From Histomonas meleagridis 2922-C6/04-290x (Eukaryota > Protista > Parabasalia): 64,000 nt of DNA. Within the stretch, counting starts at the first letter, position 1. Every line of letters begins with the position of its first letter. Shown piece after piece: positions 23,071 through 34,944 of this stretch. The notes below the pieces were generated by a model. It was not told where the DNA came from. It worked only from the letters and a program-made list of their open reading frames with translations, and did no database searches. Position numbers and translations under genes: made by a program. The stretch spans positions 155,890-219,889 of the forward strand of contig JAANOX010000276.1 in NCBI GenBank assembly GCA_020184695.1. The letters run 5' to 3'.

Positions 23071-24125
23071 AAAAAATGAATATTCGACTGGTGTATTGAG
23101 GTGGTACCGCCCAAATACGTTATAAAGTATTCAAAATGTTGTTGATTGTTTGGTTGGGCGAAGTCAAAATTTACACACAAAAAGCACTTGAGAAAAAGAC
23201 CGTTTAAATAGTGGAACGGTGTTTCGTTGGAATTCAATATTTATTATTTTTAAGTATTAGTAAATCATCCAAGTGTCCATCATTTCATTTATTATAAAGA
23301 GCTATTTCATTGTGTAGTGAGAGATTTTCTAACTGAATATGATTTCAATCATCAATTTAATGGGAAAAAACGGATCTAATATGCTGTAATTATTGAATCG
23401 CATTCTGCGAGCCTACTGTGTTATGTATATTGTAGTAATGAAAACTGCCCATGTTATTAAATTGGGAACAAACAATTTCACACACAAATTTCCCAAAAGA
23501 TTATATGGATTTTTAATCAGCATATATCTGATGTCGAAAGAGAAGAAGCTGATTATATTATTAAAAAAATTATTGGAAATAATTTAAATGAATTTTAGCA
23601 AAGAACATAATTAAGTGAAGCAAAACTATAGTTCAAAAATAATTATTTTAGGGTTATAATGAACTATGCCTTGTCTGATAATAAATTCAACAATGAAATA
23701 TACACATTTGCATTTTGAACTTGGAAATTAATATATAAACTGCGCGATATAAAAATCATAAAAGAAAGAACACCTAGGATCAACAATTACTTCTATTATT
23801 TTCGAAACATGCTTTGCTGTTGACTTAATATTGTTTTCATTGAATGCTAAATTTCTTAATTGTAATGATTTCTGAAAGAATTTTTTATATTGGTGGAAGC
23901 TAAAAAGTTATCCAAAAAATCATGGATTAAACCATCACTTTATGATAGATGTACATTTATTAAACACAATAATTTCAAATTAATTGATTATGAGGCAATA
24001 AATGTTAACATATATCTCGTTAACGAGTGTACAAGACACAACTAACCATGATTAAACGATATATATATTCACAGATAAAATAATTCTAAATAATAAGTGT
24101 ATAGAAATTTTATTTGAAAACATTT

Positions 24126-25301
24126 TTAAAGTGTGGATGAAGAAAAAGTATATGAAAGAAGAAAATTGCATAGTTTTATCCAACTTGTATTTTGTGGAAT
24201 TATTGAGTTTAGATTTTGTTTTATGAAATGTTTTCTTTCTTTTTCGGACTTTTGAAAATATGCTTTCATACAATCAATATTCTTTGTTAGTTCATTGATT
24301 TTGTTTTGTAATTTAGATATGATTATGTCACTATCATGTTCTTTTGTTTGTTGATTGCTGATGGAATCTATTAAAACAGTAACTTCTTGATCAATAGAAA
24401 CGTTTGATTCTGGCGTTGTTAACCATCTTTTAATTCTTTTAATACAACATTGAAGATTAACATCATCAGACTTTTGAACAAATAAATGAGAAAATTTTTC
24501 TATTCTTTCTTTTTCTTGTAAATAGTCTATTTTATAATTTTTCATTTCATTTATTTTGTATTTAAGTACTTGGTAATCTATTTCATCTTTTTGATTTGTA
24601 TCAAGTATTGTTGATTGAAGATTTTGAAGTTGATATTTTGCCTTTCTGAACTGATTTTGAAGATTTTGGAAGGAATCATTGCTTTGTTTTAAATAATTAA
24701 TAATAGAATCAGCCAAATTGTGATCATTTATAGCTTTTGGTATTATGTCAACAATGTCTTTATGATTTAATATCTTATTAGAATCGAATTTAAAAGCATT
24801 TGGATTTTCCATGTTTTTTCGAATAAGTTTTAGTTCAGGTAAAATTTCAATACCAAATGAAGAAAGCCTATTAATAAGAGGTAGACAGTCGAAATTTTTT
24901 TGTGAGACATTTTTAAAAACCGAAGAAACATTATTTTTAATTTGTTCAATAATGTTATTTTGCTGATCAATAATAGATAAAGAAGTATACGCTACCTTAA
25001 GTATTTCATCACGGTCCTTTAAGAGCTTTTGAATCTCTTTTCCTTGGGAATCAAAAGTTTTATCAAATTCATCTAGAACTTCAAATATTATAGAATCAGA
25101 ATTTTTTTCATCATTAGGTTGTATTTGAGGAAAATTTTGTTGTGCCTTAAGTAGTTGATTTTCTTCTTCCAAAATATTGATTTTTAATTTTTGATCATAT
25201 ATTTCTTTTTCTAACTTTTTTATCCTACAGCGAAGCTTCTTCTCTTTTTCTTGTAGACTTAAAAAATCCTTTTTTAGATTTGAACAGTGTTCGCAAATCA
25301 T
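24126..25301 (-). CDS. Coiled-coil hypothetical protein
   Basis: A 391-aa ORF with heptad-like K/E/Q/L content. No family recognised. Confidence 0.6.
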   Translation of the reverse strand: MICEHCSNLKKDFLSLQEKEKKLRCRIKKLEKEIYDQKLKINILEEENQLLKAQQNFPQIQPNDEKNSDSIIFEVLDEFDKTFDSQGKEIQKLLKDRDEILKVAYTSLSIIDQQNNIIEQIKNNVSSVFKNVSQKNFDCLPLINRLSSFGIEILPELKLIRKNMENPNAFKFDSNKILNHKDIVDIIPKAINDHNLADSIINYLKQSNDSFQNLQNQFRKAKYQLQNLQSTILDTNQKDEIDYQVLKYKINEMKNYKIDYLQEKERIEKFSHLFVQKSDDVNLQCCIKRIKRWLTTPESNVSIDQEVTVLIDSISNQQTKEHDSDIIISKLQNKINELTKNIDCMKAYFQKSEKERKHFIKQNLNSIIPQNTSWIKLCNFLLSYTFSSSTL

Positions 25302-25619
25302 AAACAACAAATTTTCCCGGCAAAATGTTAACGTATTTGGGGCAGTTCATTACACACATATTTTATCAGAAATAAAAATCTTAACCATTAACCTTATCTT
25401 CAGCTATAAAATTTTGATCTTATAATCAATAAAATATTGTGATTTTTGTGGTCTTTTTTTGAATTACATTAGTGAATATAACAAATAATTGAGTATGATT
25501 TTATGTATATCTTCAAATCGAAACACAACTTTTTTAACTAATTCATTATCATCATAATATTTCCAAAGCAAACATGAAATTTTATTGAACTTTAAACCTT
25601 TATATAAGAATTATCCTTT

Positions 25620-25737
25620 TTTTATTGAGAGTACCATATATATTTTAGAACCAGAAACAATTTCATATTCATCAATTGTTTTGTCATCACTTGGCTCTTT
25701 TCCTTTATAGGGAAGCTTTTTTGGACTTTCTGCATAT
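25620..25737 (-). pseudogene. Ubiquitin-like domain remnant
   Basis: AESPKKLPYKGKEPSDDKTIDEYEIVSGSKIYMVLSIK aligns with the C-terminal half of ubiquitin/NEDD8 ([31 protein letters not shown]). There is a stop upstream and no ATG. Confidence 0.5.
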
Positions 25738-26465
25738 AATATTGAGAATAAGATAATTTGGTCGAATTATTTCTTTTTTATTACCTTAAAAAAGTTTAAT
25801 GCTGAATATTTAATGTAGCAACATATGAAATTTGTCAAATTAATTCGAGAATCAATTTTATTACACACCGATTCGTAATTTCTCGATTTCTAATATTTTA
25901 TCACGCAATGAATGTCTCCAATATTTGGCAATAATTTATTAAGATCGCATATTTTTGCAACGAAAAACAGTCGGTTATATTCGAATACTTGAATTACACA
26001 ACAATCTTTCTAAGAAATTTTTGAATAGTTTTTGGAAAAAATTGTATACAAAAATGGCGTTAATTTCAGATAATCACACAAATTCAATAATCCTAATAAT
26101 CGATTGAATCATTGTGAAAAATCATTTTAGACAAATACATATATCTTCGAATATAAATAAAGTTACATCCAATCACATATAAATAATTCCAAACAATTGA
26201 TGGGTTCCATAATATATTAATATATATATCCATATATAATCAGTTTTTGTTCAATATCGAAAAAAAATTAATAAAAATAAAATTATGCGATAAATTTTCT
26301 CGAGCCCACAAAAGTGAATTTGATCGTTTTTTATCTTCAGAAAATTTAACTTCATTGTATCAAAAGCGTATTTTGATAAGTTTATAGCGTACGCGAACAC
26401 ATTCATTAACAGCAGTTCTGAAATTTCTTGTTTTTGTGTAATAATACAAAACATATTAATTTTGC

Positions 26466-28667
26466 ATGGTGTTATTTCCCATTGCCATCTTATTGATTAA
26501 TAAATATACCTTTGCTTTAGATATTAACAATAAGCAAATGTTTGAAGAAAATATAAAATTTAATTCAAAAAAAACAATTGGGAAATATCACAATTTTATA
26601 CCCAGTGAAAACGTATTACAAAGCACTGAACCATATGACAATGAAACAAATACACTTACAATTACCAATTTTGAAGAATTCGAAACCCAGAAATACAAGA
26701 ATGAAGCACAACATATCATTATTGATAATGTTAATGAAATTCCTGATGCAGCATTTAAATCTTGGCCTGTTTTAACCACAATAGAGATTAGTGAACATGT
26801 CAAAATTATTGGTAATGAAGCATTTTATTCATGTCCACTCATAACAGAGATCATGATACCCAATAATGTACAGTCAATTGGTTATTGTGCATTTTATTCA
26901 TGTATCAATTTGGTAAAGGTTACTTTTGGAGAAAATCTCCTATCAATTGGAGATCGTGCATTTTCACAATGTACCAAATTATCTAGTGTCACAATCCCAT
27001 CAGCAATTACTTCAATTGGAGTTGATGCATTTTGTTATTGTGAAAATCTTCAATCCATTAATATTCCAACGGAAAACACATATTATGCGAACAATGAAAA
27101 CGATGGAATTCTTTATGACAAAAGCTTGACAACGTTAATCTTATATCCATCTGGAAAAACCGAAGAAACATTTCAAGTTCCAAAAGGAGTAACGTTAATC
27201 GGTTCGCGATCGTTTTCGTCATCGAAAAACTTGAAAACGATCACTTTTCAGAATGACGTTGCGCTCAATATTGAAACGAACGCGTTTTTCAACTGCACAC
27301 AATTAACTGAAATTTCAATTCCGGATTCAATCTCAGTAATTGAGAGCTATACATTTCAGTTTTGCTCAAATTTGGAGACCGTTACTATCGGCGAAGGTAT
27401 AACAAGAATTGGATCTTATTCATTTTCAGATTGTTCCAAATTAACCACCATTATTATTCCTAAGAATGTTATGTCAATTGAAGCTGGCGCATTTTCAAAT
27501 TGTAATAATCTTCAATCAATTAATGTCAATAATGATAACTTATATTACTCAAACAATAACAATGATGGAGTTCTTTACAACAAAGATAAGACGGTCCTTA
27601 TATTTTATCCAAGAGGTAAAGTTGATAAATCATATCAAATTCCAAATACTGTAACCTTAATTAATGACAATGCATTTTCTTCATGCAATTCATTGGTATC
27701 AATTACAATGCCTAATACATTAGTTGAAATTGGTTATTCTGCGTTTTCTTTTTGTCACAATTTGCAATCTGTCACTTTTGGAGATAAAGTACAGAAAATC
27801 AATTCAAGCTCGTTTTATAACTGTGAAAACTTAAGAAGTATTACACTCCCCAACTTAATTACCATTATATCAGATTATACATTTTCATTTTGTTCTAATC
27901 TTGAAAGTGTTATTATTAATTCTAATCTTGAATCGATATCATCATATTCATTTTATAATTGCGCCAAACTTAAGTGCGTCACATATAAAGGCATTCGTGA
28001 GCCTCACATTGATGAAACCTCATTTATGAATGTCCCAATTCATACCATTATGGTCACTAATGAATATTCCACAAACAAATTTGGTGAATTTAATATTAAC
28101 AAAGGAATCCTTACAGAATGTGCGCAAGCGAATTCGAGCTCATTAATTACTTCAAACATTACTTCATATTCGATTTCATTTTCATATACATTAACATATA
28201 TATATTCATTCACTCAAACAGTTATACTCAGAGAGACATTAACACATACGCAAACGATGTCAATGATCTCGTCGAGTTATGTCAACATTGACACCGAATA
28301 TATATACTATGATTACACAGTATTATTATATCCGACATATTTCTCATATTATTCCGACTTTTACACAATGTTTTACAATAACAATGAACACGATGATGTT
28401 AACAAAAACACAAATGTGTATATAATTGTTATCGTAGTAGTCGTTGTGGTTATTGCTGTGGTCGTAGTAGTAATTGTGTTAAATCGGATGAGAAATCGTA
28501 AAAATAATTTGGTCGAGTTCGAAAGAGGTGAATCAGGCAAATTAGAGAACTTGGAAATAGAGAATAACACAAACACAACATTCGAAACTGCTTTCTCAGT
28601 GTCAAATATCGCTGATGACCCATTCGCGGACGACTTTAAGGAGGATCGGTTCATCCCCCAAATATGA
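26466..28667 (+). CDS. BspA-like TpLRR surface protein with TM helix and cytoplasmic tail
   Basis: Signal-like N-terminus, many IgxxAFxxCxxLxxIxiP repeats, an S/T/Y stalk, a poly-Val TM segment, and a tail ending DDPFADDFKEDRF. Confidence 0.92.
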   Translation: MVLFPIAILLINKYTFALDINNKQMFEENIKFNSKKTIGKYHNFIPSENVLQSTEPYDNETNTLTITNFEEFETQKYKNEAQHIIIDNVNEIPDAAFKSWPVLTTIEISEHVKIIGNEAFYSCPLITEIMIPNNVQSIGYCAFYSCINLVKVTFGENLLSIGDRAFSQCTKLSSVTIPSAITSIGVDAFCYCENLQSINIPTENTYYANNENDGILYDKSLTTLILYPSGKTEETFQVPKGVTLIGSRSFSSSKNLKTITFQNDVALNIETNAFFNCTQLTEISIPDSISVIESYTFQFCSNLETVTIGEGITRIGSYSFSDCSKLTTIIIPKNVMSIEAGAFSNCNNLQSINVNNDNLYYSNNNNDGVLYNKDKTVLIFYPRGKVDKSYQIPNTVTLINDNAFSSCNSLVSITMPNTLVEIGYSAFSFCHNLQSVTFGDKVQKINSSSFYNCENLRSITLPNLITIISDYTFSFCSNLESVIINSNLESISSYSFYNCAKLKCVTYKGIREPHIDETSFMNVPIHTIMVTNEYSTNKFGEFNINKGILTECAQANSSSLITSNITSYSISFSYTLTYIYSFTQTVILRETLTHTQTMSMISSSYVNIDTEYIYYDYTVLLYPTYFSYYSDFYTMFYNNNEHDDVNKNTNVYIIVIVVVVVVIAVVVVVIVLNRMRNRKNNLVEFERGESGKLENLEIENNTNTTFETAFSVSNIADDPFADDFKEDRFIPQI

Positions 28668-28708
28668 GACAATTTACATATTATCATGTAAAATAGTTTT
28701 AGTGAAAG

Positions 28709-28998
28709 TTTGTTTGAATGTGATTTGAAGCATTTGTGTGTGAATGAGTTGGAAATGAAATGAAATACGTTTTGATAACTATGCGTTTGATCAAAAAAAA
28801 CGAAATCGTTTTGCATTTCATTATTTGATACGAAAGCAGAACAAATCGTTTGAATCAAATAATAATTTGTTTGCATGTCATTTGAAGTATTTGTGTGTGA
28901 ATGAGTTGGAAATGAAATAAAATATATTTTGATAAATATGTGTTTGATGAAAAAAACGAAATCGTTTTGCATTTCATTATTTGGTATGAAAAGCAGAA
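28709..28998. repeat. Non-coding direct duplication, two copies of about 130 nt with a 157-nt period
   Basis: ATTTGAAG starts at 28723 and 28880. Both copies share ATTTGTGTGTGAATGAGTTGGAAATGAAAT and AAAACGAAATCGTTTTGCATTTCATTATTTG. Confidence 0.9.
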
Positions 28999-29428
28999 TT
29001 TCAAGTAATTGGTGATGTTGTTTAACGTCTTTGATTTTTTGAATAAAAAATCGGGGTGGTACATATTATTGGTGTATGGGCATAGGTACCCTTATTTTAA
29101 AAGTGTCAATTGTATCGTCATTTGTTGAAGTGCTTGAGTTTTTAGAAGAATAAGTGCAATTTCTGAAAGAATTTTTTTTGATATATTGTTTTTGGAATTT
29201 CCAATTTTCTACAACAAGAATTTATTGCTTTTTCTCATGAAAGTGTATTTATTCTTTATGAAACATGTGATAATAATTTCAATCCTTGTAAAATATAAGT
29301 CCAATTAATATTGTTAATGATTATATTTATGTCAACAATATTACTTGTGATATTTCATAAACTAACTTCATTAATAATTTCACTGAAAAATACATTTTCT
29401 TTGGTAGAGTATAAATATAAAAGCTTCA

Positions 29429-29439
29429 ACACACACACA

Positions 29440-29471
<32 letters not shown>
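29429..29471. repeat. Compound (AC)n/(AT)n microsatellite
   Basis: (AC)6 then AAA then (AT)14, seen directly. Confidence 0.9.
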
Positions 29472-29474
<3 letters not shown>

Positions 29475-29687
29475 TAAAAAAAATGATAAAAATGGAGTTG
29501 TTTATTCAATGTTTATATAGTTTAGTATAGATAATACTTTTTCTTAATGCTGAATACAAAATTTTATTTAACTTATTTTCTGATCTTGTTCATTATTAAT
29601 GTATGAATTAATTGATAATATGAGAAAAATATTGAAAAAAATAAAATAAAAGAATTTTTTATAAGTATATTATAGGAAAAAATTAAT

Positions 29688-30155
29688 TTATATTTCATTT
29701 TCAGAACTCGATTCTTCTTTGATTTTTCTAAGTTCATTTCTCTTAAAAATAATTTGTCGCAATAAATTTTCATGTATTTGTTGTGCACGCAATCTTTCTT
29801 CATTTCTTATTTTGCTTGCATATTCTTGGGCTTTTTTAGGGTAACAACATGATGTATATATATAGCAAATAATCATTAAAGCAACAGATGTTAAACCAAT
29901 ACAATACTTAGGACGAAAATATATATATTTGAATTCATCTTCATTAATATTTGATGGAGATTTCGGTTGAACAGTTTCTGCAACATTGGAAAATTTAAGA
30001 AATGTAGTTACAAATTCTACAATATAAGAACTACTAATTGTTACTTTTCCATTTTTGTCTATTGTTTTTGTTTGAGTCTCTGTGATTTCAAAATTAATTG
30101 TCTCTCTAAAATCAACAGAATTTATTAATGAGAAAAATAAAACAATTATTTGCAT
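29688..30155 (-). CDS. Small single-pass membrane protein
   Basis: Signal-like start MQIIVLFFSLINS, TM segment CIGLTSVALMIICYIYTSCCY, and a charged tail. Confidence 0.55.
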   Translation of the reverse strand: MQIIVLFFSLINSVDFRETINFEITETQTKTIDKNGKVTISSSYIVEFVTTFLKFSNVAETVQPKSPSNINEDEFKYIYFRPKYCIGLTSVALMIICYIYTSCCYPKKAQEYASKIRNEERLRAQQIHENLLRQIIFKRNELRKIKEESSSENEI

Positions 30156-30434
30156 TATTTCCTTAAATTTTTTCCAAACAACTTTTAATATTTTATATTT
30201 TTTTTTAATCATAAAAATGTGTTTGCAATTTTAAAAAACAAAAGCTTTTATGCAATACGAATTATTTTCAAATATTTTTTTATCATTAAAAACAGGAACT
30301 TCATTATGATAAATTAAAACAGTAAAATATTTATGTGAAAAACCAATTATCTGCTTTAGTAAAGTAATTTTTAATAATATAAAAAATTTTCAAGAGATTT
30401 AATTTATTGAGATATAAAATCAGAGGATATTTAG

Positions 30435-32081
30435 TTAGTTTTCATGAAATAAGAGAAAGTCATCTTTCTTCTTACGGAATCCAACCCAGTAAATAACAAA
30501 TGCAACTATTCCGATTGCCACAATTGAACAAACAACTGCTATAGCTATTATTGAGCCACGCGATAATCCATTATCTTCACTTTCTTGTTCCTGAGTTTGT
30601 TGTATCATTTGTGATAAAGTCGCAGTTTGTGAAATCTGTGATGCAGAAGATGGTTCTGCTGTTTGTTTTGGCGTTTGCGTGATATATTGTGAAGCTTGTG
30701 AAATAGTTTGCACTGTTTGTGATATATATTGTGATTCTTGTGATGTAGGTTGTACTGTTTGTGATATCAGTTGTGATGTTTGTGTGGTTATTTGTGGAGA
30801 TTGGGTTGTTGGAAGTATTGTTTTTGTTGATGTTAACGATAATGAATTCGTTGGTGATGTACCTGAACATTCTTGATCTGATGAACCAATTGAAACCCCT
30901 GTGATTCCAAATGTTCCATCTTCATAGTTAGAAATAACTTTAACATTCGAAATAGGTGATGAACCAAATATATCATTGAATCCATTCAATTTGGATGGAT
31001 TATATTGACCACAATATGAAACTGAATTTAAATTAGAACATCCATCAAATGCATATTTAAATATATATGAAATTGAACTTGGTAATGAAATTGTTGTTAA
31101 TCCTGTACATCCTTGAAATGCATATTCTGCAATTGTTGAAATTGAACAATCTTCACTAAATTCAATAGATTTAATTTGTGTCTTTCCTTGAAATGCTTTA
31201 TTACAAATTATATTAACACCTGAACCGAAATAAACTTTAGAATAAGAATCAGAAACTTCATTAACATCACTTGATGTAACATATGAAACACCAATAATTA
31301 CAAGTACATCATTTTGGACAGAAAATGTTGGAGATGGAATCGGTGTGGGTGTAGGAGTTGAGGCTGTAGGAATTGGTGTTGGTGTATGAAATGTTGGTTC
31401 TGGTGTTGCTGTAGGTGATTGTGATGTTTCTGTTGGCAATGGCGGTTCTGTTGTTGGAATTGGAGTTGGTGTATTTGGTTCTACTGTTGGTTGCGGTGTT
31501 GCAGTTTGGGTTTGTGGAACTAACGTTGGAAATGGAGATTCTGTTGTTGGAATTGGTGTAGGAGTATTAGTTGGTGATATTCCTGAACATTCTTGATCTG
31601 ATGAACCAATTGAAACCCCTGTGATTCCAAATGTTCCATCTTCATAGTTAGAAATAACTTTAACATTCGAAATAGGTGATGAACCAAATATATCATTGAA
31701 TCCATTCAATTTGGATGGATTATATTGACCACAATATGAAACTGAATTTAAATTAGAACATCCATCAAATGCATATTTAAATATATATGAAATTGAACTT
31801 GGTAATGAAATTGTTGTTAATCCTGTACATCCTTGAAATGCATATTCTGCAATTGTTGAAATTGAACAATCTTCACTAAATTCAATAGATTTAATTTGTG
31901 TCTTTCCTTGAAATGCTTTATTACAAATTATATTAACACCTGAACCGAAATAAACTTTAGAATAAGAATCAGAAACTTCATTAACATCACTTAATGTGAC
32001 ATATAACATGTCTCTGATGGCAAGTACCCCTTCTTGAACATAAGCAGTAGAAGAAGTTAGTCCAAACAAACCAATAATCAT
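30435..32081 (-). CDS. BspA-like surface protein with two identical LRR modules, P/T- and S/Q/T-rich stalks and a TM helix
   Basis: IAEYAFQGCTGLTTISLPSSISYIFKYAFDGCSNL occurs twice. TM is IIAIAVVCSIVAIGIVAFVIYWV. Confidence 0.88.
   Translation of the reverse strand: MIIGLFGLTSSTAYVQEGVLAIRDMLYVTLSDVNEVSDSYSKVYFGSGVNIICNKAFQGKTQIKSIEFSEDCSISTIAEYAFQGCTGLTTISLPSSISYIFKYAFDGCSNLNSVSYCGQYNPSKLNGFNDIFGSSPISNVKVISNYEDGTFGITGVSIGSSDQECSGISPTNTPTPIPTTESPFPTLVPQTQTATPQPTVEPNTPTPIPTTEPPLPTETSQSPTATPEPTFHTPTPIPTASTPTPTPIPSPTFSVQNDVLVIIGVSYVTSSDVNEVSDSYSKVYFGSGVNIICNKAFQGKTQIKSIEFSEDCSISTIAEYAFQGCTGLTTISLPSSISYIFKYAFDGCSNLNSVSYCGQYNPSKLNGFNDIFGSSPISNVKVISNYEDGTFGITGVSIGSSDQECSGTSPTNSLSLTSTKTILPTTQSPQITTQTSQLISQTVQPTSQESQYISQTVQTISQASQYITQTPKQTAEPSSASQISQTATLSQMIQQTQEQESEDNGLSRGSIIAIAVVCSIVAIGIVAFVIYWVGFRKKKDDFLLFHEN
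30862..31992. repeat. Exact 411-nt intragenic duplication (30862-31272 = 31582-31992; offset 720)
   Basis: Line-by-line identity with no mismatch inside the block. Confidence 0.95.
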
Positions 32082-32479
32082 AATTAATGGTTACCTGCAT
32101 GAAGGAAAAAGTCCGATCAAAATTCAATGAAAGATAATCGGCCAATATGAATTTTTTGAATGAAATTGTATCAGCAGGTTGGTTTTGAATGAGATAACTT
32201 TTGAATACTTTGGTGACCAGCTATTTTGACGATAATGTCACCTCTACAAAAACATAATGCATTAAGAAAAATAATAAGCAGAAAATTGTTTCTCGTTTTA
32301 TGAGATATATTGTACTCCGGCTTCAAATATGACAATTTCTTTCGTTGTATCATTATTTAGTGTTAATTTTGATTTTATATGAAAAATATGTACAAAGATG
32401 TTAAAAACTCAAAAAAATTATAACACATTGAGAAGAATGTCAATAAAATTTATTTAAAATATATATTTAAATGTATATG

Positions 32480-32830
32480 TATCATACACAGGGAAAATGA
32501 AAAAGCTAAAATTCTATCCTATGATACGAATCGAAGCACTTGAAGAAATGAATAAAATCATACACAAAATATTTGATACATTCACTAATGCAATGATATA
32601 TCATATATAAATATTAATACTAAAACTATACATTAATTGATTATCATTTTTTGGATCAATTAAATGTATTAAATAGATCCTTGTAAATGGCTCAAACATA
32701 TAAAGAGAACAGGTAAATTCGCAATTGCAGGTTCAAATGAAGAAATCATTCATCATTTTAAGATGCATATGAAACAGAAATTGAATTTCAGCAAAATGAT
32801 ATCATTGAAAATATTTATGTACATAAAACA
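32480..32830 (+). pseudogene. Decayed DUF3447-ankyrin head fragment
   Basis: Broken frames read ENEKAKILSYD..IEALEE, FFGSIKCIK*ILVNGSN, TGKFAIAGSNEEIIH, AYETEIEFQQND. These match the intact heads at 5366-6619 and 52642-53800. Confidence 0.75.
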
Positions 32831-33065
32831 AAATAGAAAAATTGTGTAGAATTAGTCAATATTATCACCATTTAAATCTTCTTTTAATTAAATTTCATTC
32901 TAATATTTTCAATCTGATAAGATTAAAGTGTAATACAATATAAAATTATAATTCTTACATTGATCTAATTTGAAGTGATCAATAAAAGTAATTTTCTATC
33001 ACTAAAATATTTTTGCAACATTCATTTCATGAGAAGTTAAGTTTAATGTAATTATTTTCGTGATT

Positions 33066-33548
33066 TCATCTTTTAGAGGGTGGTGAAGAAATGAATATAT
33101 AATTTTTGTTAGTATTGTAATGTCTGGTAAGTGGTTCTTTACTTCTTTGCATTTTTTGTTGTTCTTCTTCTTGCTTCCATTTTTGGATCACATGCAATTT
33201 TTTGTTGGAAAGATAGTCTTCAGGAGAAAATGCTGTTTGCTTGTTTGAAGCGAGACTTTTCCTGGATTTTTTCTGGGGTTTCGTATTTTGATTTGATATT
33301 TTCGATAAATTCATATCAGATAACTCATTTTTTAAATTAGTTTTACCAGCTCTTCTTTTTGGTGTAATTACATTTCTCTTGTTACTTGAATCATGAAGAG
33401 CTTTTTTAATAGGAACTTTCAAATCATTGGAATCTTTTTTTAAATTATCATCTTTATCATTTTCCAATAATCCTAAGTTCTCCAACATTTCTTCAGTCTC
33501 TTTTATAAATTGCATATATGGAGAGAGTCTTTTTTTGCTCTGCTCCAT
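33066..33548 (-). CDS. Basic, low-complexity hypothetical protein
   Basis: A 160-aa ATG-initiated ORF diverging from RPL7A across a 67-nt gap. No family recognised. Confidence 0.55.
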   Translation of the reverse strand: MEQSKKRLSPYMQFIKETEEMLENLGLLENDKDDNLKKDSNDLKVPIKKALHDSSNKRNVITPKRRAGKTNLKNELSDMNLSKISNQNTKPQKKSRKSLASNKQTAFSPEDYLSNKKLHVIQKWKQEEEQQKMQRSKEPLTRHYNTNKNYIFISSPPSKR

Positions 33549-33615
33549 TTTGTTTACATTTAACGTACAATCAAAAGTGGCGACGGTTTTTCGTGTTGGT
33601 CGATCCTTTGCTTTA

Positions 33616-34347
33616 ATGTCACGAAGAACAGCTCGCGCACAACCAGAAAAGGTTATCTTAGATGCTGATATAAAGAATCAAGACTTCTTGTTTACACAAG
33701 AAAAGAAACAAGCCAAGGTTGTTTCAGCATCTAAAGTTCGTTTCCCCAAGTATGTTCGTATTCAACGTCAACGCCGTATCCTCATGAAGCGCCTTAAGGT
33801 CCCACCACCAGTGAACCACTTCAACCATGCTGTTGACAAGGCTACTGCTGTTCAAATCTTCAAATTCCTTGAAAAATATCGCCCAGAAACTAAAGCCGAA
33901 AAGAAGCTCCGTCTTAAGGCTGCTGCAGAAAAGTCCGAAAAGTCACTTGCCCCAGCTGATGTTTCTGCTAAGAAGGCTCTTTCTTATGGTATCAAGGATG
34001 TTACATCTCTTGTTGAAGCTAAGAAGGCAAGCCTTGTTGTCATTGCTCACGATGTTGATCCAATCGAAATTGTCATTTGGCTCCCAGCTCTTTGCCGCAA
34101 ACTTGATATCCCATATGTCATTGTCAAGTCAAAGGCTCGTCTCGGCAAAGTTGTTGGCATGAAGACATGCACATGCATTGCTGTTTCTGATGTTCGCCCA
34201 GAAGATCGTAAGGCACTTTCACAAATTGTCGATTCAGTTAACGCTAACTTCCTCATGAAGTACAAGGAAGAAATGCACCATTGGGGCGGTGGCGAACTCA
34301 GTGAAAAGACAATTCAAAAGCTTCGTGCTCAAGGTAAACACGAGTAA
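33616..34347 (+). CDS. RPL7A: 60S ribosomal protein L7a (eL8)
   Basis: RFPKYVRIQRQRRILMKRLKVPP, LVVIAHDVDPIEIVIWLPALCRK. ATG at 33616 with CCTTT at 33605-33609. Confidence 0.97.
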   Translation: MSRRTARAQPEKVILDADIKNQDFLFTQEKKQAKVVSASKVRFPKYVRIQRQRRILMKRLKVPPPVNHFNHAVDKATAVQIFKFLEKYRPETKAEKKLRLKAAAEKSEKSLAPADVSAKKALSYGIKDVTSLVEAKKASLVVIAHDVDPIEIVIWLPALCRKLDIPYVIVKSKARLGKVVGMKTCTCIAVSDVRPEDRKALSQIVDSVNANFLMKYKEEMHHWGGGELSEKTIQKLRAQGKHE

Positions 34348-34944
34348 ATCAATAAAAATTGATTTCAAAGATTATTGTTTTCATACAAAAAAAACTCTTT
34401 ACGCAATTCGCGTTTTGATAAAATTATGTTTCACTTGAAATCTGTAAGTTTTCAGCACATCTTTGAAGCAAAGGTAAAACACGAAAAAGAAGAAAACGCC
34501 TTACAATCAAATTTAATTGCTAGCTTACATAGTGTTTCCACTTTCAGCCATTTGGGAACCAAAATACTGATTATAATTGAACTACGTTGTATGCCTACAC
34601 TTACATTAAGGAGTTCTCAATTTTCTGAAGTTTATGCGCGAGATTTTTTTATTTCTAATGTGCCACATTACAAATCATGTTTTTAAAAATTTGTAAACAC
34701 TTCTCTGCTGCCCCATATAAAGGACTATTTTATGGTATATATGAAATTTTGTTATATATTATACAACGCAAAATAGTGCAATAATAATAGCTTATACTGA
34801 TGACCAACTCGAGTTTTCTATACGTAATGATTTGGTTATGAGAAAGACTAATGAAAGAACAAAAACACAGAAATCCTTAATCTCTAGTTCATGGTTGAAA
34901 ATACATCAAATATATATTATAAATCAAATATTTACAAACAAAAT

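Noticed and set aside
32046-32094. GTAACC...ACTAACTTCTAC at the BspA 5' end as an intron
   Set aside because: It ends in AC rather than AG, and removal gives an out-of-frame short ORF. The unspliced ATG at 32081 already gives a signal peptide.
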